DNA from: Bacillus subtilis subsp. subtilis str. 168
Lineage (GTDB): Bacteria > Bacillota > Bacilli > Bacillales > Bacillaceae
Direction: 5' to 3'
DNA length: 32,000 bases
Assembly (NCBI RefSeq): GCF_000009045.1
Contig: NC_000964.3
Span: 3,120,001-3,152,000, forward strand
Part shown: in pieces, positions 1 through 13,386 of the stretch
Position numbering within the stretch: position 1 is the stretch's first letter
Layout of the letters: each line of letters starts with the position of its first letter
Program-made: the position numbers and the translations under genes
The notes under the pieces: generated by a model
Databases searched by the model: none
What the model saw: the letters and a program-made list of their open reading frames with translations, nothing else
Told to the model about the DNA's origin: nothing

Positions 1-1
1 G

Positions 2-2641
<2,640 letters not shown>

Positions 2642-2661
2642 CACATGCACCCCCTACTAGT

Positions 2662-3441
2662 TCAAATATATTGATCAGTAAACGCTCTTGCTGCTTTAAA
2701 AACATCTTCTCTCTCGGGTTCATTGAAGATCTCATGGTAAAGCCCTTCCCACTCTCTGTATGCTTTATTATGAGAAGCAACACCATTAAACCACTTGATG
2801 ACCATCGTTTTGTCAACAAGCTTGTCATCACCGGCTTGCATCACAAGAAGCGGAACTTTCAAAAATGCCTCTGTCGGCACCATTGCCGATTCAATTGTCT
2901 TTAAAAGCTCTCTGTACCATCTGACAGAAACTTTCCTGACGTATAACGAATCATTTTGGTCAGCTTCGATGACGTCCTCATTGCGCGTCGCCATATCAAT
3001 TGATAATCCCGAATCAACCTTAAGTGACGGAGCGATGACATTCAGGCCTTTTGATGCAAGATCAAGCGCTTTATTCACTTTAATTTGCAGTCCGAGACAC
3101 GGTGATGATAAAATAATTCCCGTAATCCGGGGATTTCTTTGCTGTTTAACCCATTCAATCGCGACCAGACCGCCCATGCTGTGACCTAGAAGAAAAACCG
3201 GAAGATCAAAGGTTCGCGCTTTATCTATCCAAGCATCTACTTCATCAATGTATTCTTGAAACGAGCGAATATGCCCTCTCGCTCTTGTCGTTGTTCCCTG
3301 TCCAGGCAAATCGCCCATGACAACGTGATAACCCGAAGACCGCCACATTTCAATCAGCCATTTATATCGTCCGTGATATTCACTTGCCCCGTGAATGATT
3401 ACAATCACGGCAACAGGTCTGTCTGCTTTCCAGGTCCACAT
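2662..3441 (-). CDS. ytpA: YtpA, alpha/beta hydrolase, (lyso)phospholipase-like, linked to bacilysocin formation
   Basis: GHSMGG nucleophile elbow, HG oxyanion motif; start ATG at 3441 after GAGG ribosome-binding site. Confidence 0.85.
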   Translation of the reverse strand: MWTWKADRPVAVIVIIHGASEYHGRYKWLIEMWRSSGYHVVMGDLPGQGTTTRARGHIRSFQEYIDEVDAWIDKARTFDLPVFLLGHSMGGLVAIEWVKQQRNPRITGIILSSPCLGLQIKVNKALDLASKGLNVIAPSLKVDSGLSIDMATRNEDVIEADQNDSLYVRKVSVRWYRELLKTIESAMVPTEAFLKVPLLVMQAGDDKLVDKTMVIKWFNGVASHNKAYREWEGLYHEIFNEPEREDVFKAARAFTDQYI

Positions 3442-3489
3442 GATCTTCACCTCATACGAAATTTAAATAGAGAAAGAAGGATGAATCTT

Positions 3490-4005
3490 ATGATCTACCC
3501 TTATAAGGAACACAAGCCAGATATCCACCCAACAGCCTTTATAGCTGATAATGCAACAATTACCGGTGATGTCGTGATCGGAGAACAGTCCAGCATTTGG
3601 TTTTCTGTTGTCATAAGGGGAGATGTTGCGCCGACCAGAATCGGAAACAGAGTCAATATCCAAGATTTAAGCTGCCTCCATCAAAGCCCGAACAAGACGC
3701 TACTCATTGAAGATGACGCCACGATAGGCCATCAGGTTACACTTCATAGCGCTGTTATCCGCAAGAACGCCTTAATCGGGATGGGCTCAATCATTTTAGA
3801 CGGAGCCGAAATTGGCGAAGGCGCTTTTATTGGTGCCGGCAGTCTTGTCCCGCCCGGAAAAATCATTCCGCCTGGCCATCTCGCCTTTGGCCGCCCTGCA
3901 AAAGTCATCCGCCCTTTGACGGAAGAAGACCGAAAAGATATGCAAAGAATACGGTCAGAATATGTAGAAAAGGGCCAATATTATAAATTTCTTCAACAAA
4001 CATAA
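3490..4005 (+). CDS. ytoA: YtoA, gamma-carbonic anhydrase-like left-handed beta-helix hexapeptide protein
   Basis: 171-aa product from ATG 3490 (AGAAAGAAGG ribosome-binding site); hexapeptide repeats and conserved His residues (CLHQSP, GHQVTLH). Confidence 0.88.
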   Translation: MIYPYKEHKPDIHPTAFIADNATITGDVVIGEQSSIWFSVVIRGDVAPTRIGNRVNIQDLSCLHQSPNKTLLIEDDATIGHQVTLHSAVIRKNALIGMGSIILDGAEIGEGAFIGAGSLVPPGKIIPPGHLAFGRPAKVIRPLTEEDRKDMQRIRSEYVEKGQYYKFLQQT

Positions 4006-4221
4006 GACCTGCTTCGTCTTACTTTACCATTTTTCAAATTATATTTGAAAGCAATAACCATCGTTAACCCGGACGTCATACAGTTCGGGTTTCGATTTTT
4101 CCATAAAACGTTCACATATAGCATGAAACGTATGACTTTTATCTTATCACAAAACTATAAACAGCCTCTGCAAAAACACATACCTATTCTTTCCTGTTCT
4201 CTATTTTCTATGAGCACACAC

Positions 4222-4248
4222 AAAAAGAGCCCACTGGGAGCTCTTTTT
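4222..4248. terminator. Terminator between ytoA and ytnA (convergent)
   Basis: aaaaagagcccactgggagctcttttt, inverted repeat flanked by A and T tracts. Confidence 0.7.
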
Positions 4249-4249
4249 G

Positions 4250-5641
4250 TCAGCTGATATTTCGTTCGCTGGCAGCAGCCGCATTTTTTTTATGAAACCC
4301 TTTTCCATAGTACACAGCCAGCAAGATGAGAAACCATATCGGCCCGATAATCACGGCTACTCTTGTATCAGGGCTGTAAGCCATAAGAATGACGACGAAT
4401 GCTAGAAATGCCAATGACACATAAGACGTAAACGGAAATAAAGGCATTTTGTACTTTAATTGTTTCTTTTCTTCCGGCTTCAAACTTTTCCTGTATTTTA
4501 TTTGAGAAAGCAAAATGATTGCCCACGTCCAAATCGCTCCGAACGTCGCAATACTTGTAACCCAAGTAAATACCTTCGCAGGGACAACATAGTTTAACAG
4601 CACTCCGACTAATAAAGCGCCCGCTGAAGCCAGAACAGCTTTACCCGGGATGCCGCCTTTCGTCAGCTGACCATATGCTTGTGGCGCCTCTTTCTGTTCC
4701 GCCAAGTTAAACAGCATCCGCCCTGTGCTGAAAATACCACTGTTGCATGAAGACAGCGCGGCTGTCAACACGACAAAGTTAATGATACCTGCGGCCGATG
4801 GAATGCCCACTTTTTGAAATGTGAGAACAAATGGACTTCCTTGAGAGCCAATTTCCTGCCACGGATAAATAGACATAATGACAAATAAAGCGCCTACATA
4901 AAAAATCAAAATCCGCCAAAATACTGTATCGATTGCTTTGGCTAACGATTTTTGCGGGTTTTTTACTTCGCCAGCCGTCACCCCGATCATTTCAATCCCT
5001 AAATAGGCGAACATGACCATTTGAAGAGACAATAAAACCCCTTTTAATCCATGAGGGAAAAATCCTCCGTTGTTCCACAAATTGCTGATTCCGGTTGCAA
5101 TGCCCCCATTGCCGACTCCTGCAATAATCATCAATAAACCGACAGCAATCATGGATAAGATTGCAACAATTTTAATCAATGCGAACCAAAATTCCAGCTC
5201 GCCGTAAGCTTTGACAGCCAGGAAATTAACACCCGTCATAATGACCAGTGCCGATAACGCCCAAATCCAGTTTGGCACGTCCGGAAACCAGAACCCCATA
5301 TAGATGCCGACAGCAGTGATTTCGGCCATACAGGTGACAACCCATAAAAACCAGTAGTTCCAACCTGTTAAATAGCCTGCAAGCGGTCCCAAATAATCAC
5401 GCGCATACCTGCTGAAGGAGCCTGCGACCGGTTTTTGAATGGCCATTTCCCCAAGCGCTCTCATAATAAAAAACATGACCAGGCCGCTTGCGGCATACGC
5501 TACCAAAATACCAGGCCCTGCTAATTGAATAGCTGATGCGGAGCCGAGGAACAACCCTACTCCTATAGCAGCTCCTAAAGACATTAAAGAAATATGCCTT
5601 TCTTCGAGTCCGCGGTGCAGCTCTTGTTTTTGTTTTTGCAT
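4250..5641 (-). CDS. ytnA: YtnA, amino acid permease (APC superfamily)
   Basis: 463-aa polytopic ORF with signature GVGLFLGSASAIQLAGPG. Confidence 0.88.
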   Translation of the reverse strand: MQKQKQELHRGLEERHISLMSLGAAIGVGLFLGSASAIQLAGPGILVAYAASGLVMFFIMRALGEMAIQKPVAGSFSRYARDYLGPLAGYLTGWNYWFLWVVTCMAEITAVGIYMGFWFPDVPNWIWALSALVIMTGVNFLAVKAYGELEFWFALIKIVAILSMIAVGLLMIIAGVGNGGIATGISNLWNNGGFFPHGLKGVLLSLQMVMFAYLGIEMIGVTAGEVKNPQKSLAKAIDTVFWRILIFYVGALFVIMSIYPWQEIGSQGSPFVLTFQKVGIPSAAGIINFVVLTAALSSCNSGIFSTGRMLFNLAEQKEAPQAYGQLTKGGIPGKAVLASAGALLVGVLLNYVVPAKVFTWVTSIATFGAIWTWAIILLSQIKYRKSLKPEEKKQLKYKMPLFPFTSYVSLAFLAFVVILMAYSPDTRVAVIIGPIWFLILLAVYYGKGFHKKNAAAASERNIS

Positions 5642-5738
5642 GCTTCTTCTCCCCTAGAAAAAAATATCATTATATCATTTTTCTGAATATTCCGTACGGA
5701 TTGGGTAAATCAATGATGATGGAGAAATAAAAGGATAA

Positions 5739-5772
5739 CAACAAGGCTTTCGACTACTCGAAAGCCTTGTTG
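5739..5772. terminator. Terminator downstream of asnB
   Basis: Perfect 14-bp inverted repeat caacaaggctttcg-actact-cgaaagccttgttg. Confidence 0.75.
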
Positions 5773-5776
5773 TCTG

Positions 5777-7675
5777 TTACACAAAGATGACTTCTTTAGG
5801 CTGATGGCTCAGCTCTTCAGGCATATACCGTTTTTCAATATTGATGCTGTGCCAGATCATAAAGATTAGCACAGTCCAAATTTTACGGCTGTTATCAGCC
5901 TTGTCCGCACAATGGTCTTCAAGAAGCTGAAGGACATAATCCTTATGGATATAAGCATCCGTTTGGCTTTCTTGAATAATATTCCGCACCCATTCGTTCA
6001 TTTCGTTTTTCAGCCAATGACGGATCGGTACAGGGAAACCAAGCTTTTTGCGGTTTAATACGTGCTCAGGCACAATTCCTTCAGCGGCTTTGCGAAGAAG
6101 ATACTTCGTCGTGCCGTTCTTCGTTTTCAGCTCATCAGGAATTTTTGAAGCGACGTCGAATACGACTTTATCCAAGAACGGCACACGCAGTTCCAAAGAA
6201 TTCGCCATCGTCATTTTATCCGCCTTTAACAAAATGTCGCCGCGCATCCAAGTGTGGATATCGACATACTGCATTTTGTTGATATCGCTGTACGAGCTGC
6301 TTTCTGTAAAGTAAGTCTTCGTCACATCGCGATATGAAAGGTTCGGATTATAATGCTTCAACAGCTGCTTTTTGACAGACTCTTCAAAGATTTTCGCGTT
6401 ACCGATATAACGATCCTGAAGCGGAGTGCAGCCGCGCTCAAGCAGGCTCTTCCCTCTCATACCTTCAGGCATAACGGCAGCAACGTGCAGAAGCATCTTT
6501 TTCAAGCCGGACGGAATCCGTTCAAACGGTTTAAGCGAAAGCGGTTCACGGTAAATGTTATATCCGCCGAAGAGCTCATCCGCTCCTTCACCTGATAAAG
6601 CAACCGTAACATGTTTTTTTGCTTCTTTTGCAACAAAGTACAACGGAATCGCTGCCGGATCAGCAAGCGGGTCATCAAAATGCCATACGATCTTCGGAAG
6701 CTCATTCATGTATTCCTCAGGCGAAATGACTTTGCTGATATTTTCAATGCCCAGCGCCGCTGCCGTTTCTTTCGCTACATCAACCTCACTGAAGCCCTGC
6801 TGTTCAAAGCCGACAGAGAATGTTTTTAAGCTTGGATGAAATTCCTTCGCAACAGACACAATAAAGGAAGAATCAATCCCGCCAGACAGGAACGAACCGA
6901 CAGGAACGTCACTTCTCATATGAACGTTTACAGAGTCATAGATCGCGTCTCGGACTTCTTTCACAAGCTTGTCTTCTTCAGTCTGAACCGGCTTGAAGTT
7001 CGCTTTGAAATACGTTTTGAATGTGATATCGCCGTCCGGGCGGATTGTGAATTGTGAACCCGGCTCTACTTTTTTCACATGGGCATCAAGCGTGCTTGGT
7101 TCAGGAACAAATTGGAAAGACATGTACTGCTGCAATGCCTCTTTATCTATTTCAATATCATTCTGAGCAACCATTAAACTTTTTCTCTCTGAGGCAAAAT
7201 AAACCTGATCATTGATCGTTGTGTAGTACAACGGTTTAATGCCGAATGGATCTCTTGCCCCATAAAGCACATGATCGTTTTTATTCCAAATCAGAAAGGC
7301 AAACATACCGCGCAGTTTGGACGCCGCTTCTTCTTTATAGTGACGGTAAGTCGCAAGAAGAACCTCTGTGTCCGAATCCGTGTTGAATGTGTACCCCTTT
7401 GCTTCAAGTTCTTCTCTCAGTTCGATATAGTTATAGATTTCTCCGTTAAAGATAATCCAATATGTTTCATCTTCATATGATAAAGGCTGTCCACCATTTT
7501 CTACATCAATAATGCTGAGCCGTCTGAATCCGAAGCCGACGTGCTCATCATGGAAATATCCATCACTGTCAGGACCGCGGTGAACGATCATTTGGTTCAT
7601 TTGTTTGATTAGTTCTTCTTGATCAGCGGTTTGAGCTAACGGATGCTTGTTAAAAACCCCGACAAATCCACACAT
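5777..7675 (-). CDS. asnB: Asparagine synthetase (glutamine-hydrolysing) AsnB
   Basis: 632 aa; N-terminal MCGFVG nucleophile Cys, class-II amidotransferase domain, SGGIDSS PP-loop. Confidence 0.95.
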   Translation of the reverse strand: MCGFVGVFNKHPLAQTADQEELIKQMNQMIVHRGPDSDGYFHDEHVGFGFRRLSIIDVENGGQPLSYEDETYWIIFNGEIYNYIELREELEAKGYTFNTDSDTEVLLATYRHYKEEAASKLRGMFAFLIWNKNDHVLYGARDPFGIKPLYYTTINDQVYFASERKSLMVAQNDIEIDKEALQQYMSFQFVPEPSTLDAHVKKVEPGSQFTIRPDGDITFKTYFKANFKPVQTEEDKLVKEVRDAIYDSVNVHMRSDVPVGSFLSGGIDSSFIVSVAKEFHPSLKTFSVGFEQQGFSEVDVAKETAAALGIENISKVISPEEYMNELPKIVWHFDDPLADPAAIPLYFVAKEAKKHVTVALSGEGADELFGGYNIYREPLSLKPFERIPSGLKKMLLHVAAVMPEGMRGKSLLERGCTPLQDRYIGNAKIFEESVKKQLLKHYNPNLSYRDVTKTYFTESSSYSDINKMQYVDIHTWMRGDILLKADKMTMANSLELRVPFLDKVVFDVASKIPDELKTKNGTTKYLLRKAAEGIVPEHVLNRKKLGFPVPIRHWLKNEMNEWVRNIIQESQTDAYIHKDYVLQLLEDHCADKADNSRKIWTVLIFMIWHSINIEKRYMPEELSHQPKEVIFV

Positions 7676-7795
7676 AGTATTGCCTCCATAATTAAAATTG
7701 TCATCATTGAACCCCTATTTATAGACGCTGTGAATAGTATTTGGTTTCACAGTTATGTAAAAAAATAAACATGAATACAACGATAAAAAAGGGAA

Positions 7796-7818
7796 AGCCG
7801 CTTAACCAGTAAGCGGCT
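7796..7818 (-). terminator. Terminator of metK
   Basis: agccgctta-accag-taagcggct 9-bp perfect stem; on the minus strand followed by TTTCCCTTTTTTA. Confidence 0.75.
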
Positions 7819-7824
7819 ATAAAA

Positions 7825-9027
7825 TTATTCTCCTAACGCTTCTTTACGCAGCTGCTCCGCTTTGTCTGTGCGCTCCCATGGAAGGTCAACATCGTGACGT
7901 CCAAAGTGGCCGTACGCAGCAGTTTGTTTATAGATCGGACGGCGCAAATCAAGCATTTTGATAATGCCGGCAGGTCGTAAATCAAAGTTATTGCGAACAA
8001 CTTCAATCAGTTTTTCCTCAGAAGCTTTTCCTGAACCGAATGTGTTGATTGAGATTGACACAGGCTGTGCAACACCGATCGCGTAAGCAAGCTGTACTTC
8101 GCAAGAATCAGCAAGCTCAGCCGCAACGATGTTTTTCGCAACGTATCTTGCCGCATAAGCTGCAGAACGGTCTACCTTCGTCGCGTCCTTACCTGAGAAC
8201 GCGCCTCCGCCGTGGCGTGCATAGCCGCCGTACGTATCAACGATGATTTTGCGTCCTGTAAGTCCCGCATCCCCTTGAGGGCCTCCGATTACGAAACGTC
8301 CTGTAGGGTTGATGAAATATTTTGTTTCTTCATCAATCAGCTCTTCAGGAACAACCGGATTGATTACATGTTCTTTAATGTTGCGCTGAATTTGCTCAAG
8401 TGTAATTTCAGGGTGATGCTGAGTTGAAATAACAATCGCGTCAATGCGGACTGGTTTGTTATTTTCATCGTACTCAACCGTTACCTGTGTTTTGCCGTCA
8501 GGGCGAAGGTACGGAAGAATATCTTCTTTACGGACTTCACTTAGGCGGCGGGCTAATTTATGGGCAAGTGAAATTGGAAGAGGCATAAGCTCTTTCGTTT
8601 CGTTGCACGCATAACCGAACATTAATCCTTGGTCACCCGCACCAATCGCTTCAATTTCTTCGTCGCTCATTGTGCCTTCACGGGCTTCAAGCGCTTGGTC
8701 TACGCCCATCGCGATATCAGCAGACTGCTCATCAATTGATGTTAAAACCGCACAAGTTTCCGCATCAAATCCGTATTTTGCACGTGTGTATCCGATTTCT
8801 TTAATGGTTTGGCGAACCGTTTTCGGAATGTCAACATACGTAGAAGTTGTGATCTCTCCGCTTACAAGAACCAAACCTGTTGTCACAGATGTTTCACAAG
8901 CAACACGCGCGTTAGGGTCTTTCTTTAAAATTTCATCTAAAATGCTGTCAGAAATCTGGTCACAGATTTTATCCGGATGCCCCTCCGTAACAGATTCTGA
9001 TGTAAATAAACGACGATTTTTACTCAT
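7825..9027 (-). CDS. metK: S-adenosylmethionine synthetase MetK
   Basis: 400 aa from [27 protein letters not shown]; AGGAGG ribosome-binding site before ATG 9027. The ORF-track start at 9102 is too long. Confidence 0.96.
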   Translation of the reverse strand: MSKNRRLFTSESVTEGHPDKICDQISDSILDEILKKDPNARVACETSVTTGLVLVSGEITTSTYVDIPKTVRQTIKEIGYTRAKYGFDAETCAVLTSIDEQSADIAMGVDQALEAREGTMSDEEIEAIGAGDQGLMFGYACNETKELMPLPISLAHKLARRLSEVRKEDILPYLRPDGKTQVTVEYDENNKPVRIDAIVISTQHHPEITLEQIQRNIKEHVINPVVPEELIDEETKYFINPTGRFVIGGPQGDAGLTGRKIIVDTYGGYARHGGGAFSGKDATKVDRSAAYAARYVAKNIVAAELADSCEVQLAYAIGVAQPVSISINTFGSGKASEEKLIEVVRNNFDLRPAGIIKMLDLRRPIYKQTAAYGHFGRHDVDLPWERTDKAEQLRKEALGE

Positions 9028-9150
9028 GATTTGCTTCCTCCTGCACAAGGCCTCCCGAAAGACCTTGTATATATGATACGGAACTCGCTCCCTCTTATAC
9101 AATGTACAGTTATATTAGAGAATGTTAATTGGCATATTTATGAAATAAAA

Positions 9151-9177
9151 AAACCTTTTCCATCGAGGAAAGGGTTT
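9151..9177 (-). terminator. S-box expression-platform terminator upstream of metK
   Basis: aaaccttttcc-atcga-ggaaagggttt; minus strand gives GC-containing stem then T tract. Confidence 0.8.
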
Positions 9178-9194
9178 GGTCTTTGTGCCTTTCA

Positions 9195-9333
9195 CTCTTA
9201 TCGCTCAAGGAATCATACAACCTTGCAACAGGTTAGCACCTTGGTTGTCTCACTCAGTTGAACATAATAAATAACAGAGAAACCGGTTGCTGGGCTTCAT
9301 AGGGCCTGTCCCTCCGCCAGCTCGGGATAAGAG
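9195..9333 (-). promoter_or_regulatory. SAM-I (S-box) riboswitch aptamer upstream of metK
   Basis: Minus strand reads CTCTTATCCCGAGCTGGCGGAGGGACAGGCCCTATGAAGCCCAGCAACCGG...; perfect 8-bp P1 (9195-9202 with 9326-9333). Confidence 0.96.
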
Positions 9334-9472
9334 TATCCGCTCAATGAAATATCTTATCGTAAAAGGGTTTGCAATGTCAATATGATTCAGAAGAAATAGG
9401 CACCTATATTGAGGGAAAACAATGGAAATGCACACACAAAAAACAATAAATAGTATAGACTATTTGAAAATA

Positions 9473-9483
9473 TATGTTATACT
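9473..9483 (+). promoter_or_regulatory. Candidate CcpN operator overlapping the pckA -10 element
   Basis: tatgttatact matches the CcpN consensus TRTGHYATAYW at every position; TATACT (9478-9483) is a plausible -10, 47 nt before the ATG. Confidence 0.7.
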
Positions 9484-9529
9484 AATTCACAATTAGCAAA
9501 ACACAAAAAACGATAAAGGAAGGTTTCAT

Positions 9530-11113
9530 ATGAACTCAGTTGATTTGACCGCTGATTTACAAGCCTTATTAACATGTCCAAATGTGCGTCATAATTTATC
9601 AGCAGCACAGCTAACAGAAAAAGTCCTCTCCCGAAACGAAGGCATTTTAACATCCACAGGTGCTGTTCGCGCGACAACAGGCGCTTACACAGGACGCTCA
9701 CCTAAAGATAAATTCATCGTGGAGGAAGAAAGCACGAAAAATAAGATCGATTGGGGCCCGGTGAATCAGCCGATTTCAGAAGAAGCGTTTGAGCGGCTGT
9801 ACACGAAAGTTGTCAGCTATTTAAAGGAGCGAGATGAACTGTTTGTTTTCGAAGGATTTGCCGGAGCAGACGAGAAATACAGGCTGCCGATCACTGTCGT
9901 AAATGAGTTCGCATGGCACAATTTATTTGCGCGGCAGCTGTTTATCCGTCCGGAAGGAAATGATAAGAAAACAGTTGAGCAGCCGTTCACCATTCTTTCT
10001 GCTCCGCATTTCAAAGCGGATCCAAAAACAGACGGCACTCATTCCGAAACGTTTATTATTGTCTCTTTCGAAAAGCGGACAATTTTAATCGGCGGAACTG
10101 AGTATGCCGGTGAAATGAAGAAGTCCATTTTCTCCATTATGAATTTCCTGCTGCCTGAAAGAGATATTTTATCTATGCACTGCTCCGCCAATGTCGGTGA
10201 AAAAGGCGATGTCGCCCTTTTCTTCGGACTGTCAGGAACAGGAAAGACCACCCTGTCGGCAGATGCTGACCGCAAGCTGATCGGTGACGATGAACATGGC
10301 TGGTCTGATACAGGCGTCTTTAATATTGAAGGCGGATGCTACGCTAAGTGTATTCATTTAAGCGAGGAAAAGGAGCCGCAAATCTTTAACGCGATCCGCT
10401 TCGGGTCTGTTCTCGAAAATGTCGTTGTGGATGAAGATACACGCGAAGCCAATTATGATGATTCCTTCTATACTGAAAACACGCGGGCAGCTTACCCGAT
10501 TCATATGATTAATAACATCGTGACTCCAAGCATGGCCGGCCATCCGTCAGCCATTGTATTTTTGACGGCTGATGCCTTCGGAGTCCTGCCGCCGATCAGC
10601 AAACTAACGAAGGAGCAGGCGATGTACCATTTTTTGAGCGGTTACACGAGTAAGCTTGCCGGAACCGAACGTGGTGTCACGTCTCCTGAAACGACGTTTT
10701 CTACATGCTTCGGCTCACCGTTCCTGCCGCTTCCTGCTCACGTCTATGCTGAAATGCTCGGCAAAAAGATCGATGAACACGGCGCAGACGTTTTCTTAGT
10801 CAATACCGGATGGACCGGGGGCGGCTACGGCACAGGCGAACGAATGAAGCTTTCTTACACTAGAGCAATGGTCAAAGCAGCGATTGAAGGCAAATTAGAG
10901 GATGCTGAAATGATAACTGACGATATTTTCGGCCTGCACATTCCGGCCCATGTTCCTGGCGTTCCTGATCATATCCTTCAGCCTGAAAACACGTGGACCA
11001 ACAAGGAAGAATACAAAGAAAAAGCAGTCTACCTTGCAAATGAATTCAAAGAGAACTTTAAAAAGTTCGCACATACCGATGCCATCGCCCAGGCAGGCGG
11101 CCCTCTCGTATAA
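9530..11113 (+). CDS. pckA: Phosphoenolpyruvate carboxykinase (ATP)
   Basis: 527 aa; [11 protein letters not shown] kinase-1a motif, preceded by AAGGAGG-like ribosome-binding site. Confidence 0.96.
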
Positions 11114-11114
11114 A

Positions 11115-11153
11115 AAACAAAAGCCAAGAGCAATTATGCTCTTGGCTTGTTTT
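11115..11153. terminator. Bidirectional terminator between pckA and ytmB
   Basis: aaaacaaaagccaagagca...tgctcttggcttgtttt, 12-bp core stem with A/T tracts on both sides. Confidence 0.85.
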
Positions 11154-11394
11154 AATTGACGGAATGCAAAGAAGTCAGCTTGTATGTAATGATGGTCCGG
11201 CCTTCTTCCCATTGAAGCTTCTGCACTTCAGCTGTGCCTGACTTTTCGCCAAACTTTGTTTTGCGTACATCCATTGGAATCTCCATCGGATATACTCGGT
11301 ATCCGTCCTTCTCTAACGTGAATATATTTTCATCTATGCGAACTTCTTTTCCTTTTGTCACAATCAGTGTATTAAATTCAACAGGCATTCCCAA
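11152..11394 (-). CDS. ytmB: YtmB, small conserved protein (DUF2584-like)
   Basis: 80-aa ORF in conserved position between pckA and ytmA. Confidence 0.8.
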   Translation of the reverse strand: MGMPVEFNTLIVTKGKEVRIDENIFTLEKDGYRVYPMEIPMDVRKTKFGEKSGTAEVQKLQWEEGRTIITYKLTSLHSVN

Positions 11395-11445
11395 AGTGAA
11401 ATCCCCTTTCGTTCTCTTTTTTCTTTATCATAACATATTTCACTG

Positions 11446-12219
11446 TCAGCGGTTTTTCATCCATTGTGTGAGCTGCCGCACGATACGCCGGTTTTCTTTT
11501 GGCGGGAAATAATGTGTGAATGTACTGTAGTACCATGTTTCCACCGGCTTATGCAGTTGTTTTAGCTTCTCTTCTAATAAATAGGAATGCTGAATCGAAA
11601 CATTTTGGTCTTTTTCTCCATGGATTAACAGCACGGGAGCCTGAATTTTGTTTACTTGGTCAAACGGTGTCCTCCATTGATATTCCTCAGGCACCTTTTT
11701 CGGTGTTCCGCCGATGACTCTTTTCATCATTCGCCGCAAATCCTGCCGCTCCTCGTATGTAAGAATCATATCACTGACGCCTCCCCAGGAAACAAATGAA
11801 GCTGCCTGCCCGCCCATTTCGATCGCAGTGAGCATTCCCATAATTCCGCCGCGGGAAAAACCGAAGATATGGATTCTATCCTTCTTGACATTTGGGTGCT
11901 GCTGAAGCAGGCGAAAAGCAGAAAATGCATCCTCCCTGTCTTCTCCGGCAAAATCCTCATTGCCTTCTCCTCCTTGATTGCCTCTGTAAAAAGGAGCAAA
12001 CACCACAAACCCTTGGGATGCAAACTGGATAATCCGGCCCGGCCGAACCATGCCCACGCTTTTAATCCCGCCGCGCAAATATAAAAATCCGTCATATTGT
12101 CCCGGTTCCGCCGGCTCAGCCAGAAGCCCCTTAACCCGTAATCCATTTGACAGATAGCAGATCGTATACAAACGCACATGCTGGCTTGGCGACGGAAATC
12201 TTCTTTTCTCTACAATCAA
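11446..12219 (-). CDS. ytmA: YtmA, alpha/beta hydrolase (prolyl oligopeptidase-like)
   Basis: 257 aa; GFSRGG nucleophile elbow, HGEKD; TTG start at 12219 with AAAGGAGG ribosome-binding site. ORF-track start at 12312 lies upstream of that site. Confidence 0.82.
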   Translation of the reverse strand: MIVEKRRFPSPSQHVRLYTICYLSNGLRVKGLLAEPAEPGQYDGFLYLRGGIKSVGMVRPGRIIQFASQGFVVFAPFYRGNQGGEGNEDFAGEDREDAFSAFRLLQQHPNVKKDRIHIFGFSRGGIMGMLTAIEMGGQAASFVSWGGVSDMILTYEERQDLRRMMKRVIGGTPKKVPEEYQWRTPFDQVNKIQAPVLLIHGEKDQNVSIQHSYLLEEKLKQLHKPVETWYYSTFTHYFPPKENRRIVRQLTQWMKNR

Positions 12220-12369
12220 AACAGCCGCCTCCTTTTTTCTATATGCTTTCCTTACTCCAAAATTACATCCGGAGAACCTGGTTAGGCATTCACACATTTT
12301 TATACCCATCATACGATATGTAAAGCAAAAAAGGATATTAACTTGATGCGAAATAAGGAGGTTGTCTAT

Positions 12370-13374
12370 GTGAACAGATGGTTAAGGCTGGGCTTCGCCT
12401 GTGTCGGCAGTATCTTTCTGATGTTCGCCCTGGCGGCTTGCAAGCAGGAAGAAACGCTCACCAAAGTCAAAGTAGCTGAAGTGACCCATTCAATTTTTTA
12501 CGCACCTTTATATGTTGCTGAGTCTAAAGGTTTTTTTAAGGAAGAAGGGCTTGATGTCGATGTGAATACGACCTGGGGCGGAGATAAAACGATGACATCG
12601 CTTCTTTCCAACGGCTCCGACATCGCGCTTGTCGGGTCAGAAACATCTATTTATGTCGAAGCGCAAGGGGCTAAAGATCCCGTCATTAATTTCGCCCAGC
12701 TGACTCAGACAGACGGAACGTTTCTTGTCGCGAGAGAAGATGTTGAACACTTCGACTGGGATCAGCTGAAAGGAAAAACGTTTCTCGGTCAGCGAAAAGG
12801 CGGCATGCCGCAAATGGTCGGCGAGTATGTACTGAACAAACATAAGATTGACCCGCATAAGGATATAGACCTCATCCAGAACATAGACTTCGCCAATATT
12901 GCCAATGCGTTTGCTTCTGGAACCGGTGAGTATGTACAGCTCTTTGAACCGCAGGCTTCTCTCTTTGAGAAAAAAGGCATCGGCCATATCGTGGCTTCAT
13001 TCGGAGAAGAATCAGGAGAGGTTCCTTATACGACTTTTATGGCGAAACAAAGCTATTTGAAGAAAAATGAAGACACAGCCGTCAAGTTTACAAAAGCCAT
13101 TTATAAGGCGCAGCAGTGGGTTGAAAATCATTCTGCGAAGGACATCACAGATGCCATTAAAGATGAATTTGATGATACCGACCCAGACGTCATCGAAACA
13201 TCCATTGAACGCTATAAAAAACAGCATTCATATTCACCAGACCCTCTGCTTAACGAAAAAGAATGGGAGCTTCTCCAAACCATTATGGATAAATCGGGAG
13301 AACTGCCGAAGCACATTCCATACAATCAGCTTGTAAATAAAGAAATTGCTGAAAAAGTCACCTCGGAGAAATAG
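12370..13374 (+). CDS. ytlA: YtlA, ABC transporter substrate-binding lipoprotein (SsuA/THI5-like)
   Basis: GTG start after AAGGAGG; signal peptide with lipobox LAAC; NMT1/SsuA-like body. Confidence 0.85.
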   Translation: MNRWLRLGFACVGSIFLMFALAACKQEETLTKVKVAEVTHSIFYAPLYVAESKGFFKEEGLDVDVNTTWGGDKTMTSLLSNGSDIALVGSETSIYVEAQGAKDPVINFAQLTQTDGTFLVAREDVEHFDWDQLKGKTFLGQRKGGMPQMVGEYVLNKHKIDPHKDIDLIQNIDFANIANAFASGTGEYVQLFEPQASLFEKKGIGHIVASFGEESGEVPYTTFMAKQSYLKKNEDTAVKFTKAIYKAQQWVENHSAKDITDAIKDEFDDTDPDVIETSIERYKKQHSYSPDPLLNEKEWELLQTIMDKSGELPKHIPYNQLVNKEIAEKVTSEK

Positions 13375-13386
13375 GAGGCGCCATCT

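Noticed and set aside
3256-3489. Upstream extension of the ytoA frame (ORF track start at 3256)
   Set aside because: It overlaps ytpA antisense. The AGAAAGAAGG ribosome-binding site and homologous product length support a start at 3490.
4045-4257. 70-aa plus-strand ORF between ytoA and ytnA
   Set aside because: No ribosome-binding site, composition not gene-like, and its 3' part is the terminator hairpin.
6048-7480. Several antisense ORFs across asnB
   Set aside because: These are typical shadow ORFs opposite a strongly conserved coding gene, with no ribosome-binding sites or recognisable domains.
8049-9076. Antisense ORFs opposite metK, up to 134 aa
   Set aside because: Mirror-frame artefacts of metK with no independent coding signal.
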